Assembly (NCBI GenBank): GCA_963722075.1
Contig: CAVRJM010000001.1
Location: 192,001 to 256,000, forward strand
Origin: Candidatus Babeliales bacterium
GTDB taxonomy: Bacteria > Babelota > Babeliae > Babelales > JANWKD01
Reading direction: 5' to 3'
DNA: 64,000 nucleotides
Positions 48,033 through 58,165 of this stretch are shown in pieces. A model generated the notes under the pieces. It worked only from the letters and a program-made list of their open reading frames with translations. It made no database searches and had not been told where the DNA came from. Each line of letters begins with the position of its first letter. Position 1 is the first letter of the stretch. A program made the translations under genes and the position numbers.

Positions 48033-48040
48033 TCTTTTCA

Positions 48041-48075
48041 GTCGTCCTGAGGCACGTTAGTGCCGTGAGGATCCA
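48041..48075. repeat. Palindromic repeat unit
   Basis: GTCGTCCTGAGGCACGTTAGTGCCGTGAGGATCCA. Confidence 0.65.
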
Positions 48076-48083
48076 ATAAATCA

Positions 48084-48488
48084 TTACGTGAGTAAATTGG
48101 GATAAAAACGACTCATTACAGAATATGCCGTTATACCAGTGGCTGCAAGTAATGAGATAAAGCACAATCCACCATAGATTACTTGTTTTTTTTCTATTTG
48201 ATTCCATCTGATACTGGGATCATTGTCGTCCAATGCATCTAGATGTTGTATTAGGGCATCGTGATCAATGGTACGAGTTCGTGTTAATTGTTTGTTATAT
48301 TTAAAAGCATGAAAGCCAAAATATAACCCTAATCCAGTCAAAGTCAGCACGGTACTACCAACTTGGAAGGGTGAAAATTGATATGATTGGTTGGTTAGAT
48401 TATTATTTGGTATCCGATTTGCAAAAAAAAAGACAGCGGAGCTGAAAGAAGTGAAAAGAAATAAAGGTAATAAAACTAATTTTTTCAT
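48084..48488 (-). CDS. Small secreted/membrane protein, GLYxG(Y/F) family
   Basis: Signal peptide; TGLGLYFGFHAF; C-terminal TM. Confidence 0.7.
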   Translation of the reverse strand: MKKLVLLPLFLFTSFSSAVFFFANRIPNNNLTNQSYQFSPFQVGSTVLTLTGLGLYFGFHAFKYNKQLTRTRTIDHDALIQHLDALDDNDPSIRWNQIEKKQVIYGGLCFISLLAATGITAYSVMSRFYPNLLT

Positions 48489-48508
48489 AATAATCTCTAA
48501 TTAAATGT

Positions 48509-48856
48509 TCAGTTAAAAATATTTTTTATCAATGGAGCCGCATATACCCCGGCAAGAAATAATGAACAGGCACTGATTGTAAAATAGAAGGCTGTCTGAT
48601 CAGCCAATTTATCATTTTTGTTATAAGCCTGGCGATATTGAATTGTAGTATGCGCAGATACATTATGTAAGATTCGTGCTTGGCGAAGATCATCTTCACA
48701 TTCAGCTAAACGATTTAGGTTATTAACAAAACGATAACCACTATACAATCCGATAATGGTAAAGCCGAGAGATGGTATGGATTCTCCTAATTTTGGTAAT
48801 GTACCCGCAAAGCAAGTAGTGACGTATGTAAGTAGTAATAAAATTAATTTTTTCAT
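48509..48856 (-). CDS. Small secreted/membrane protein, GLYxG(Y/F) family
   Basis: Signal peptide; IIGLYSGYRF; C-terminal TM. Confidence 0.7.
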   Translation of the reverse strand: MKKLILLLLTYVTTCFAGTLPKLGESIPSLGFTIIGLYSGYRFVNNLNRLAECEDDLRQARILHNVSAHTTIQYRQAYNKNDKLADQTAFYFTISACSLFLAGVYAAPLIKNIFN

Positions 48857-48875
48857 AATATCTCTAATTATAAAG

Positions 48876-50024
48876 TTATTTTTTAATGTCTTTGATGGCT
48901 TTTACCATATCCATATCTCGTTCTGAAGCAAAATAATCGAGTAAATTACTTTTGTATTTATATAAATAAATTCCTGTTACTAACAAAAATAATGGTGTGT
49001 ATTCATTCAAAAAATAATTCAATTTATAACGTTGAATAATGCTTTTTAATTTAAGTAAAGCTATTACGGGCTTTTTTTCTATCTGTGCCCCGTTCTCTAA
49101 ATTTATAGTATCATAATGAGCTTGGTAACCTAACTCAGATAATAGTTTTTTTAATTGATCAATATGCCCAGAGCCAGCACAAACAAATATATGCGTATGC
49201 TTATTTACTATTTGTTCCTCATGGATATGATGTAAGAGCAAAAGATCAATTAGTGTATTAGAATATGAGTCTAAAATAAAACGAATAGCTTCTTTTTTAT
49301 TACGCTCAGTAATAGTTGTTTCAAAATCACTACTGATGTTTTGATATAGTATTGTTAGTTCATCATTACCAATGCGAGAAGTACCAAATAAGTTAAAAAA
49401 CTGTAAGGTATGATGGTAACCACGCAAAATCGTTAATAATGTATTGTCATGTGCCGTATGCCTCAGAAGTCGATCACAATATTTTCTAAGTTTCTTTGGG
49501 TAACACATATGTTTTTCTTTAAGTAAATTTACGATTCGGTCAAAATGGTCCCAGACCTGCTCAGAGGATTTTGAAAAATTAGGTAAGCAAAAAGGTAAGA
49601 TTGATGAGCCAATTTCAAAATGCCTACATTCGACGTTAATAACGGGGATATGAGCATATTGTAACAGTGAAGTAAGTCCCGATAGAAATTGTGAATGATA
49701 TATTTTAGTTAGCCCATGAACGAAAGAAACGTATGATGGCACATAATTAATATATTGTCCACTTGAAAGGGAATCCTCAACAATGCAAAGGGCATTCAAT
49801 CGACGAGCTTCATTAATTAATTCAATTTGTTGCTGAGCATCTTGAAAGGATGATTTATGATTATCTGGAAATAGATGGATATAATAATTGTTGTCAGCTT
49901 TATTTGTTAAAATAAGCGTTTCTTTGCTATGTACTGAAGCAGTACAGGGATATATAATAGCAATTAAACTAATAATTATTACTTTAATTGTAGAGATCTT
50001 TGTTATAAGATTCATATTCTTCAT
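48876..50024 (-). CDS. Secreted hypothetical protein, possible TraB/Tiki/EreA-like metalloenzyme fold
   Basis: Signal peptide; HLFPDNH, VED, NVECR, VCAGSGH motifs; C-terminal TM. Confidence 0.5.
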   Translation of the reverse strand: MKNMNLITKISTIKVIIISLIAIIYPCTASVHSKETLILTNKADNNYYIHLFPDNHKSSFQDAQQQIELINEARRLNALCIVEDSLSSGQYINYVPSYVSFVHGLTKIYHSQFLSGLTSLLQYAHIPVINVECRHFEIGSSILPFCLPNFSKSSEQVWDHFDRIVNLLKEKHMCYPKKLRKYCDRLLRHTAHDNTLLTILRGYHHTLQFFNLFGTSRIGNDELTILYQNISSDFETTITERNKKEAIRFILDSYSNTLIDLLLLHHIHEEQIVNKHTHIFVCAGSGHIDQLKKLLSELGYQAHYDTINLENGAQIEKKPVIALLKLKSIIQRYKLNYFLNEYTPLFLLVTGIYLYKYKSNLLDYFASERDMDMVKAIKDIKK

Positions 50025-50545
50025 TATAGCTCCAAAAAGCTTTCATTTTTATTTCCAAAAATATGTTCTAATGTTGCATCCCGCTACGAACGCGGATAAA
50101 ATAAAAGAGCCAATAGCAATTCTGCCATACCATTTGCGTGAATCATGAAGGGGATCATCCCTTCTATTTATTGTAGCTAGTCGTTGTGCCATCTTTGTCC
50201 AATTATTATTAATATCTTGTTGGTTTGCGCTCCACGCTTGATCACGCTCATGACTATTGTTTTTTATTGCTTGATTATCCTTCATAAAGCGATAACCGCA
50301 ATAGGTTCCGATAAATGCTAAACCAATTGAGAGCAGTATGCCCAAAGAAGGGCTACCTAATTTTGTAAATAGGTCGCCAAAAGCACTTATTGATGATGAA
50401 GAAGATGGCATATTTTGGTTATCAGCATAATGCACTATCAGGTCTCCGATTTCGTAAGTGCCATTCAGATGTAAATGATCAAAAATAAAATCTTTTTGCA
50501 TAGCATAAGTAAAAGATAGTGGAAGAGAAAATAATAATATAATAA

Positions 50546-51692
50546 CAGGACTTACGCATTGGTCGAAAGTTCTGATTGGGACTTGAAATAAATAAAAAAG
50601 GGTGCTTCAATTTTGTGAATTAAACAACAAAAGCAAAAAAGAAGGACACCCGAAATGAGAATAACAAATACAAATGAAGAATCAAGCACACCAAAATATG
50701 TAATGGGTTTATTAAAAACAACGGCACGAAAAGTTTGCACAAATATTTCTGAAACACTGGGAATAATGCATGATGTGCTCAATAGGGAAGTTGAAAAAGC
50801 AGCCCAGAATGCAGCAGAAATAACAAGCTCATTACAAAATGTTGCTCTAGAAAGTCTTAGCAATTGCGAAAGATATTTGATAATCGATGATACTCCCGTA
50901 AATAAGCAATATGCTAACGATATTGAAGGATTAGAAATTGTTTATGATAGTAGTGAGAAAAGATCAGCTTTGGGATTACGGTCTGTAATTGGCATGATCA
51001 CTGATACCAGAGTAAGAATACCGATTGATGCGGAGATTATGATAAGCAAAGTATTTGGAGAAACCAATTACAAGACAAAAAGTGAAATTGCTTACATTAT
51101 TATAGAGCGTGTTCTAGGATCAATTCGGTTTAATTGGTTAATTGCAGATGCCCATTATGCGACTGAATACCTTCTGCCAAAGCTTTTTAACAGGTCAATA
51201 AAATTTCTGATGAAAATTCCCAGAAATCGCGTTGTTACTATTAACAATAAAACAGGACAATTGCAAAAAATTTTACGTTTGAAAAAAAATAACAGATTTG
51301 CTTGTGGATACGGCACTATTTTTGGTCTTTCCTGTTATTTCTATGTGTTAAAAATTGATAAGGAAAAAATTATGTATCTTATCAGTAGCCATCAGCTCGG
51401 CAAAGAGAAGCTAATTTCTACATATAAGATTCGTTGGCAAATTGAATGCTTCAATAGAACTGCCAAACAACTTCTTGGATTCAGCGAATGCCAAATGCGT
51501 TCTTTTAACATGCAGCGTGCGCATTTACTTTTCGTGTTATGGGCTTATGCTTTAGCCGACATAAGGCGGGTAAAAGATAATTTCGACAATACTGAACAAG
51601 CCGTCAGATCCTTTCGGGTCGCAAAACCCCCTACACCATCTAGTTTATTTTATGCTTTTGAAGAGAACTCTTATGCTCTTGCGTAAGTCCTG
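50546..51692 (+). mobile_element. IS701-like insertion sequence (1147 bp)
   Basis: Perfect 13-bp terminal inverted repeats CAGGACTTACGCA/TGCGTAAGTCCTG; flanked by a TAATAA direct repeat. Confidence 0.92.
50655..51686 (+). CDS. DDE transposase (IS701/IS4-like)
   Basis: LIIDDT, LIADAHY, YKIRWQIECFNRTAKQLLG; the stop codon lies inside the right IR. Confidence 0.9.
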   Translation: MRITNTNEESSTPKYVMGLLKTTARKVCTNISETLGIMHDVLNREVEKAAQNAAEITSSLQNVALESLSNCERYLIIDDTPVNKQYANDIEGLEIVYDSSEKRSALGLRSVIGMITDTRVRIPIDAEIMISKVFGETNYKTKSEIAYIIIERVLGSIRFNWLIADAHYATEYLLPKLFNRSIKFLMKIPRNRVVTINNKTGQLQKILRLKKNNRFACGYGTIFGLSCYFYVLKIDKEKIMYLISSHQLGKEKLISTYKIRWQIECFNRTAKQLLGFSECQMRSFNMQRAHLLFVLWAYALADIRRVKDNFDNTEQAVRSFRVAKPPTPSSLFYAFEENSYALA

Positions 51693-51725
51693 TAATAAGT
51701 ATTTTTTTCATAATAATTTTCATTT

Positions 51726-52244
51726 CTATTTTGACTGTGTTGTGATTTCAATTAGTTTATTCATTGCAAAAGTAAGACCAGTAGTGGCACTGAAAAATAA
51801 AGTTGATAAGCCAAAAATAGTCGAATATTTAAAATTATTGTTTTCAATTATATTTAATTCGTCTATTTGCACACCGATCGCTTCTGGTGGTCTATTTTCA
51901 TTGCCTGATTGGATTGCTTCAGCTTTTTGTTGTTCAACTAGTCGATCCATTTTTCTATCGGTTAATTCTGATTTGATTGCATAATATAGATACCCTAATG
52001 CGCTTATAGCTAGTAATGATTTATTAATGCTTATAATTGGGTTTTCTTTGATTGTTTGCGCTAAAAAATTAGAATTATTGAATTGTTGATACCCATGATA
52101 CAAACCAAGCCCTGTTACCTCTATACCTGCAAAAATTGCAAAAATATTAAAAGGATTTTGTAAATGCTCAAGTAATGTTGGCCGGCGTGCAAGAGTAAAA
52201 CTGCTGCCAGCTATAAAAAGTAAGAGTAATAATAGTTTTTTCAT
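51726..52244 (-). CDS. Secreted/membrane protein, GLYxG(Y/F) family
   Basis: Signal peptide MKKLLLLLLFIAGSSFTLA; TGLGLYHGYQQF; TM segments. Confidence 0.7.
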   Translation of the reverse strand: MKKLLLLLLFIAGSSFTLARRPTLLEHLQNPFNIFAIFAGIEVTGLGLYHGYQQFNNSNFLAQTIKENPIISINKSLLAISALGYLYYAIKSELTDRKMDRLVEQQKAEAIQSGNENRPPEAIGVQIDELNIIENNNFKYSTIFGLSTLFFSATTGLTFAMNKLIEITTQSK

Positions 52245-52647
52245 TAGTAATATTTCCCCCATTAATAAATAATATACACTTAATTATACCAGTTTTTACT
52301 GTTAATGCAATTAGTAATTATAAATAGGGCCAATTTCTGCTAATCTTAAACAACAGTTAGAGATTAGCAGAAATCTAATCTGGCTGGCCTCTAGGTGGCC
52401 ATTATGGAAGCTGCCCCTCCTGTTTAATGCCTGTTTTGTAATGTTGGTGAATCATTAGAAAGTAATAAGGGAAATCTTATTCATGGTTTGCTGCGGGGCA
52501 ACAGGTAAAAACACTTTAATATCTTGGGCTATTAATGGTATTTTAAAAAAGGTCTAATTATTGTCTATTGTTGCATAATAGACATCTTAATTATTTCTTG
52601 TATTGCTAAATTCATGCCCTTTATTGTACTATTTTATATAGTTAAGC

Positions 52648-52676
52648 CTGGGTTGCTTCGACAGGTTCGCAACGAC
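52648..52676. repeat. Palindromic repeat unit
   Basis: CTGGGTTGCTTCGACAGGTTCGCAACGAC. Confidence 0.7.
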
Positions 52677-52763
52677 GAACATTTGTAAATTTACATGAAT
52701 CGAACAATTTTTTTTGCATACGTTAGTGAAGATTTAGTACTGAAATTATAAAGGAATGTGCAT

Positions 52764-53090
52764 ATGAATAAACAATTTACGTTCCGTGGCATGGAACAGT
52801 CTAATACCCTTCAAGAATGTGTTAATGACCAACTTGCTAAAATTGAAACATTTTTAGAGCACGAAAAAGAACCCATTTATATTCATGTCATTTTTACGGC
52901 AGGCCATACGCATGCGCATCATCGGGTGGAATGCCAGATTGTGGGCCCGGGTTATACTCTTAACGCACATCGTATTGGGCCTGAAATGTATGATCTTATT
53001 GCGGCAGTAATGGATTGCATGTATCTGCAATTAACTGAGGCAAAGAAGAAACGCGTTGACACCCGACAAACAGGAATTAAAAGGGAATAA
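52764..53090 (+). CDS. hpf: Ribosome hibernation factor (HPF/RaiA family)
   Basis: FTFRGMEQS..L...VNDQLAKIE; HRVEC; EMYDLI...MD..YLQL...K. Confidence 0.75.
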   Translation: MNKQFTFRGMEQSNTLQECVNDQLAKIETFLEHEKEPIYIHVIFTAGHTHAHHRVECQIVGPGYTLNAHRIGPEMYDLIAAVMDCMYLQLTEAKKKRVDTRQTGIKRE

Positions 53091-53094
53091 CAGC

Positions 53095-55356
53095 TCATTG
53101 AAAGAGCGCTATAATTTCTGAATCACCGGTTTCAAGGGCAATATCCAATGCAGATTTTTGATCTGTATTATAACTTTTGCTTTGTGCATTGAGTGATAAT
53201 AATTGCTGTATAGCATCCTTATTTCTTTGTTGAACGGCATAATGTAACAAAGAATTGCTTTGTACAAGGGCAGTATGTATTTTGACATTACTATACTGAT
53301 TCTTATTACTAAAATAGTTAAAGCTTGTTTCGGGTAATAGCAGTTTTATTAAATCTCGTTGCTCCTGAACGCTTAAGCTACCTGGTGAAGGATTGGTGGT
53401 AGGTACTAAGGCTTTAAAAACAAAACTATCTATTTGGTCGATACTGCCATACAGCATATGATCAGTTATTAAGCGGGCCATATATTTCATCAGGGCAGGA
53501 TATTTCTCGATAATCGATAACCCCTTAATAAATTGTTCAAAGAGTATAGGATCAGTTAATAACACTTCTTTATTTTTTTGTAATAGTGCAATAAAAGCTT
53601 CCGGTATTTGATTCAAAAGAGCATGCTCAATAAGATTATATTTAAGTATGAGCTGACTTATACGAATACTCGTATGATGATTCGTGCGTTCAAATTCTTT
53701 CATTATATTCATAATAACTGCAATAAGATCAGGGTTTTCTGGGCTACTTTCACACAAATTATCCAAAGCAGTAAGTAACTGCGGCATACTTTCTAAGGAC
53801 GAAGAAAGATAATGATGAATGAGATGTGAAGTTGGAATTTTACGATGAGGATATAACTCATTGCCATCGTTATTTTTAATCAGTGGACGTAACACTGCTA
53901 ATTTATGCGCCTTTTGGGGTTCCTGATGATTGTTTTTTAAAAAAGGAATAACAATTTTTTTGCTGAGCATGGTACCAGTTAATCCATCGGTTTGCGGGCT
54001 CACAAAATAGCAATGATAATCTTTTTCCAAATAAGCCTCCATTATTTCCACTTTTTGAGTGTTATAAGTATGAAAGATAATTTTAAGCACTATGTTACTT
54101 GGGTACGTGGTATCTGCGGTGATTTCAATGCGTTGTTTTTCATTTGAAAGTGCATGAGCTAGTTCTTCAAGTGATTGAGCGTTGGTATTGAGTAGATAGT
54201 TACTGGCGTTAATGAAATTGAAAATTGTTGGTAATAGCTCATGATCCTTACTTTTATATTCCAAGAAAGGATGATCGCACAATAACTGAAACCATGCGTT
54301 TCCCGTTTGGTAATTATTTATGCTTTTAAAATCATTATAGGTTGTATAAAAGTTAATAAATTCCGGGCGCGGGCATAAAGTGGGGGATAAAAGAGTAAGA
54401 TCAAAATGATGCGTATCTTTAAGATAGCGATTAAAAAATTCGCGCAATAATCCTTCCATACAATCCGGTTGGGCGGGGTTATTATTATAAGAATGATGTT
54501 GTAAGTCAACGCTTGGCATTACATATGAACGTAAGGCAAAAACAGCAGTTTTTTCAAAATTATGATTAAGAATTTCAGAAAGTGGCATGCGAGATAACCG
54601 GGATTCATAGTGTTCAAAATCTTTTTGATTATAATGGTCGGCAGCGAATGTGGTTTGGTTAAATGACGGAATTATAGCCTCGGGTATTTGTTGTTGCAAA
54701 CGCGTATAGTAGGGAATTAAATCTTTTTTATCAGTAGCTTTTTTAACCATATGCCCTAATAAAATGGTTTGTGTTGTATATGGCCTATAAGGCGCTGATG
54801 GATTTTGTGTTTGAGATTCTTGATGCGATTGATTAATGAGATCAAGCGTATTATATGCTTTTGCGGCGGTAATAACTTGATTACATGCTTTTTTATGTTG
54901 TGCGCGCCATTGATTTGCCAAGTTAGTTTTGGTAACAGGATCTGTTAATTTATTTTGTTCTAGATTAGTAAGAATATTTGCAGTTAATTCAGGGTTTAGT
55001 GAAGCCCCTAATAATGATTTATTATGGGTAGGCCGAAAACGTGTATGTAATTTATTAAAAAGCGCCTGTGCTAATTTAACGGTAGCATGCTTTTCATTGC
55101 CAAATTTATATAATCGTTCAATCCAATTACTTTCAGCCAATATAGCACCATTTAACGGAGAAAGATGCTGGTAGCCTGGCATAAATGAGCTATGGGTGCC
55201 CTTAAAGTAATCAGGGTGCAATGCACGTGATTGACGCCAAAAGGGGGTAAATAGTGAACTGAGACGAGTAAAAATTGTTGGTTGTGGGGATTTGTGCATA
55301 CTAAAGAGGTTGATATTCCATAGTAATAAAACCCCGTATAAGAGGGTTAATCTCAT
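53095..55356 (-). CDS. Large secreted protein with C-terminal ankyrin repeats
   Basis: GGAGG RBS; signal peptide ending FS-MH; PDCMEGLLREFFN core; SLLHYAVQQRN..KSALDIALETGD ankyrin repeats. Confidence 0.75.
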   Translation of the reverse strand: MRLTLLYGVLLLWNINLFSMHKSPQPTIFTRLSSLFTPFWRQSRALHPDYFKGTHSSFMPGYQHLSPLNGAILAESNWIERLYKFGNEKHATVKLAQALFNKLHTRFRPTHNKSLLGASLNPELTANILTNLEQNKLTDPVTKTNLANQWRAQHKKACNQVITAAKAYNTLDLINQSHQESQTQNPSAPYRPYTTQTILLGHMVKKATDKKDLIPYYTRLQQQIPEAIIPSFNQTTFAADHYNQKDFEHYESRLSRMPLSEILNHNFEKTAVFALRSYVMPSVDLQHHSYNNNPAQPDCMEGLLREFFNRYLKDTHHFDLTLLSPTLCPRPEFINFYTTYNDFKSINNYQTGNAWFQLLCDHPFLEYKSKDHELLPTIFNFINASNYLLNTNAQSLEELAHALSNEKQRIEITADTTYPSNIVLKIIFHTYNTQKVEIMEAYLEKDYHCYFVSPQTDGLTGTMLSKKIVIPFLKNNHQEPQKAHKLAVLRPLIKNNDGNELYPHRKIPTSHLIHHYLSSSLESMPQLLTALDNLCESSPENPDLIAVIMNIMKEFERTNHHTSIRISQLILKYNLIEHALLNQIPEAFIALLQKNKEVLLTDPILFEQFIKGLSIIEKYPALMKYMARLITDHMLYGSIDQIDSFVFKALVPTTNPSPGSLSVQEQRDLIKLLLPETSFNYFSNKNQYSNVKIHTALVQSNSLLHYAVQQRNKDAIQQLLSLNAQSKSYNTDQKSALDIALETGDSEIIALFQ

Positions 55357-55447
55357 TAAAAACCTCCATTGGAAAATGAATTAACCTACGTATATAACAA
55401 TAGTTTAAATTGAAAAATTGTCAATCTTGTCAATAAAATTCGAGGTA

Positions 55448-57220
55448 TTATTGATTAAATGATTTCAATTTGTCAATTAATTGTTCGATTGGCATGTCAT
55501 AAAGCTCTGCTCCCAACGCAGTTTCTATCTGTTCTGTTGCTGGGTTTACAATTAAAAAAGTAGGAAATCCGGTAATGGAAAATTTCTCTTTTAATTCTTT
55601 ATAGGGGCTATTGTAGGCATTGGTGCCATCAACTTTTAAGAGAATATACTCTTGTAACACTTCTATAACGGCAGGTTTAGTAAAGGTGGTGTTATTAATT
55701 GCTAAACAAACCGGGCAGAATCGTGCCCAAAAATCGATGAACAACTTTTTACCACTATCACGTGCTTGTTCAAGTGCTGACTGGTAATCGGTATGCCATA
55801 GATGGTGGTGAACATCATATGAATCTTTTTGAGGTAGAACCACGCTTTTATACGCTTGAAAAAAGAGTAAAAACGAAATAATAGCCAGTAATGAACCAAA
55901 TGCGCTCATACAGGTACTTAAAAATCCGGTTTTTATTTGTTGGGAATGATACAGATAAAAAATGCCGATGGCTAATACAAATAACGCAACAAACCAAAGT
56001 AAAATAGTGTGTGGTACAATAAAATTAATATAATAAAAACAGATGGCAAAAATTAAAAATCCAAAAAGACGTTTAACTTCTATCATCCATAATCCTGCTT
56101 TAGGAAGCACTTGCAGTGAACTTGAGCATACTCCTACTATTAAAAGTGGCATGCTGATTCCTATGCCAAATGAAAATAATAGTAAAAACCCCATTATTTT
56201 ATTTCCTAACGTGGCTACAATACTTAATAAAAGAGCAAGGCCTGGTGATACGCACGGAGAAGCAATAGTACCACTGGCTGCGCCAAACATAAAGCTTGAA
56301 AGCAATGGGCCTCCTTTAATACGACTGGGCCCAATCTTAATAATGTTGGGAACATGAAGATCATAAAGGCCAATCATTGATAGCGCTAAATAGGTTAAGA
56401 TGGTAACTAAACCAATAATAAAAAATGGTTTCATTAACAATTGTCCACATAAAGGGCCTACACAGCCGGCAAGTAATCCAAAACAAGCAAAGGTTGTAGC
56501 CATACCCAGGGTGTAAAATAACGATAATAAAAAATTAAATAATAATGATTTACTTCCTTGTGTTTGTAAGATGCCAATGGTAATGGGAATCATTGGATAA
56601 ATACAGGGCGTTAGACTTAATAAAACGCCCAATAAAAAAACTAATAATATTCGTATAAAGGGCGATTGAACTGATTTTATTAATCCAGAAATATAGGTTG
56701 AAATCGAAAAAGGTTCTTCATACGAATGAGTAGAAACATTTTTTTCTTCATCAATTGTTTGTACTTCACTAGTATGATCGGAGGAAGGAGGAGGTTCGAT
56801 TTCTGGAGTAATTTTTGTAGGAAATAGTTCAATAATTGTTTCTTGTGGACCGGTTTTATTACTGACTAAGGCAATATGCGCAAAAGCGGAAGGTTGGTAC
56901 GAATCATTTTTAATGGCTGTAAAAGAAAAAGTTACATTTTGATCAAATACTTTTTTGGTTTTTTTGTACGTAGGATCATACTGATTATGTGCATCGTAGG
57001 ATGTTTTATATGGCGTTATAGTCACGGCTGGGTTATCACTGGTTACAGTAATAAGATCTTTGTAAATCCATTCTTGAGGTTCTAATGAAACATGCATTTC
57101 GATTTCTTCAATAGTAGGATTAACAGTGTTGGAGGAAAAGGTTGCCGAAAAACCATTTATATTTATGAAGGTAATAAAAAGTGATGTGATGAGAAATGAT
57201 AATATGTTTATTTTTTTCAT
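55448..57220 (-). CDS. dsbD: Thiol:disulfide interchange protein DsbD
   Basis: LSLTPCIYPMIPI, ASPCVSP, LPKAGLWM, C-terminal thioredoxin DFWARFCPVC. Confidence 0.9.
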   Translation of the reverse strand: MKKINILSFLITSLFITFININGFSATFSSNTVNPTIEEIEMHVSLEPQEWIYKDLITVTSDNPAVTITPYKTSYDAHNQYDPTYKKTKKVFDQNVTFSFTAIKNDSYQPSAFAHIALVSNKTGPQETIIELFPTKITPEIEPPPSSDHTSEVQTIDEEKNVSTHSYEEPFSISTYISGLIKSVQSPFIRILLVFLLGVLLSLTPCIYPMIPITIGILQTQGSKSLLFNFLLSLFYTLGMATTFACFGLLAGCVGPLCGQLLMKPFFIIGLVTILTYLALSMIGLYDLHVPNIIKIGPSRIKGGPLLSSFMFGAASGTIASPCVSPGLALLLSIVATLGNKIMGFLLLFSFGIGISMPLLIVGVCSSSLQVLPKAGLWMIEVKRLFGFLIFAICFYYINFIVPHTILLWFVALFVLAIGIFYLYHSQQIKTGFLSTCMSAFGSLLAIISFLLFFQAYKSVVLPQKDSYDVHHHLWHTDYQSALEQARDSGKKLFIDFWARFCPVCLAINNTTFTKPAVIEVLQEYILLKVDGTNAYNSPYKELKEKFSITGFPTFLIVNPATEQIETALGAELYDMPIEQLIDKLKSFNQ

Positions 57221-57315
57221 AGCCGTTATTTAATATATGAATGTTTTACAGTAATATTTCTCATTCAATATAATAAAAATAACCACTTTGATCCATGTTA
57301 TTTTAGATTCTAATG

Positions 57316-58098
57316 TTATTCTAAAAACTGTATGCCGTTATATGCCGCAATCGTAATAGAAGCACCGCCATTACCAATGTTTCCATTTAATTGACGTTTA
57401 AAATGTTCCCAGGTTTGTTTGTTAAAGGTGCTAGTGATCGGTTTTAAGGTAATAAAATGATGAGAAATAATCGAATTGAATGTTGTATGTGCTTTTACGG
57501 TGGCATGAGCATTATTAGGAAGATTTAAAGCAACGGAACTTTTTAAACTTTTTAGTGAGATAGCGCTTTGTAAGGGGAGCGCAGAAAACCCTGCCGTAAT
57601 TGCACCGCTCGCTAAAGCGTAAATGCTATTTGAAGCTTCTTGAATATCAATTGATCCGTTACTGGCAGTAGCTTGAATAATGCCAGTGCTCTTTTTAATT
57701 TTTATATTACCATTTTCAGTTTTTATAATTAAATTGAGGTTTTTGGGGACCATTAATTTATAATTAACATAATTATTTTTTGTTTGTTGAACTGTTCGTA
57801 TTGAAAGCTGATTGTTAATTGAAATTGTTTCTATCGTTATGTGTGATAATTCCTTAGGAAGCCCCCCTTTAATTGCTTCAATTGCAACTTTAGGCAAGCT
57901 CCAACTTTTAATATGAATATTGCCATTGCTATTTTCTAATATGACCGTAGCATTATCACCAATAGGAAATTCTTGAAAGAATGTTTGTTCTTTGGTGCCC
58001 GAAAACCATTCGGTTATTTTTTTAAATGAGAAGCTGAAGCCATCAAGTTGTTTGATACAGCATATAAAAATTAAAATAATACGTACGGCAAAAGACAA
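57316..58098 (-). CDS. DUF4097-like beta-strand repeat (putative adhesin) protein
   Basis: Repeats ENSNGNIHI, KTENGNIKI, TASNGSIDI; GNIGNGGASITI. Confidence 0.7.
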   Translation of the reverse strand: MSFAVRIILIFICCIKQLDGFSFSFKKITEWFSGTKEQTFFQEFPIGDNATVILENSNGNIHIKSWSLPKVAIEAIKGGLPKELSHITIETISINNQLSIRTVQQTKNNYVNYKLMVPKNLNLIIKTENGNIKIKKSTGIIQATASNGSIDIQEASNSIYALASGAITAGFSALPLQSAISLKSLKSSVALNLPNNAHATVKAHTTFNSIISHHFITLKPITSTFNKQTWEHFKRQLNGNIGNGGASITIAAYNGIQFLE

Positions 58099-58165
58099 TG
58101 CTAATTCCTACTACATTATTTGATGATAATTTTTAAAGGAAGTCTACACAAAAGAAACGTAATAT

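Larger units (their letters stand above)
50049..51711 (-). pseudogene. GLYxGY-family secreted protein disrupted in its signal peptide by an IS
   Basis: Removing 50546-51692 and one target duplication restores MKKILIILLFSLPLSFTYA-MQKDF in frame; FIGTYCGYRF motif. Confidence 0.85.

Noticed and set aside
50552..50863. ORF antisense to the transposase (also 51652-51984)
   Set aside because: No motif; overlaps the IS or a better-supported gene
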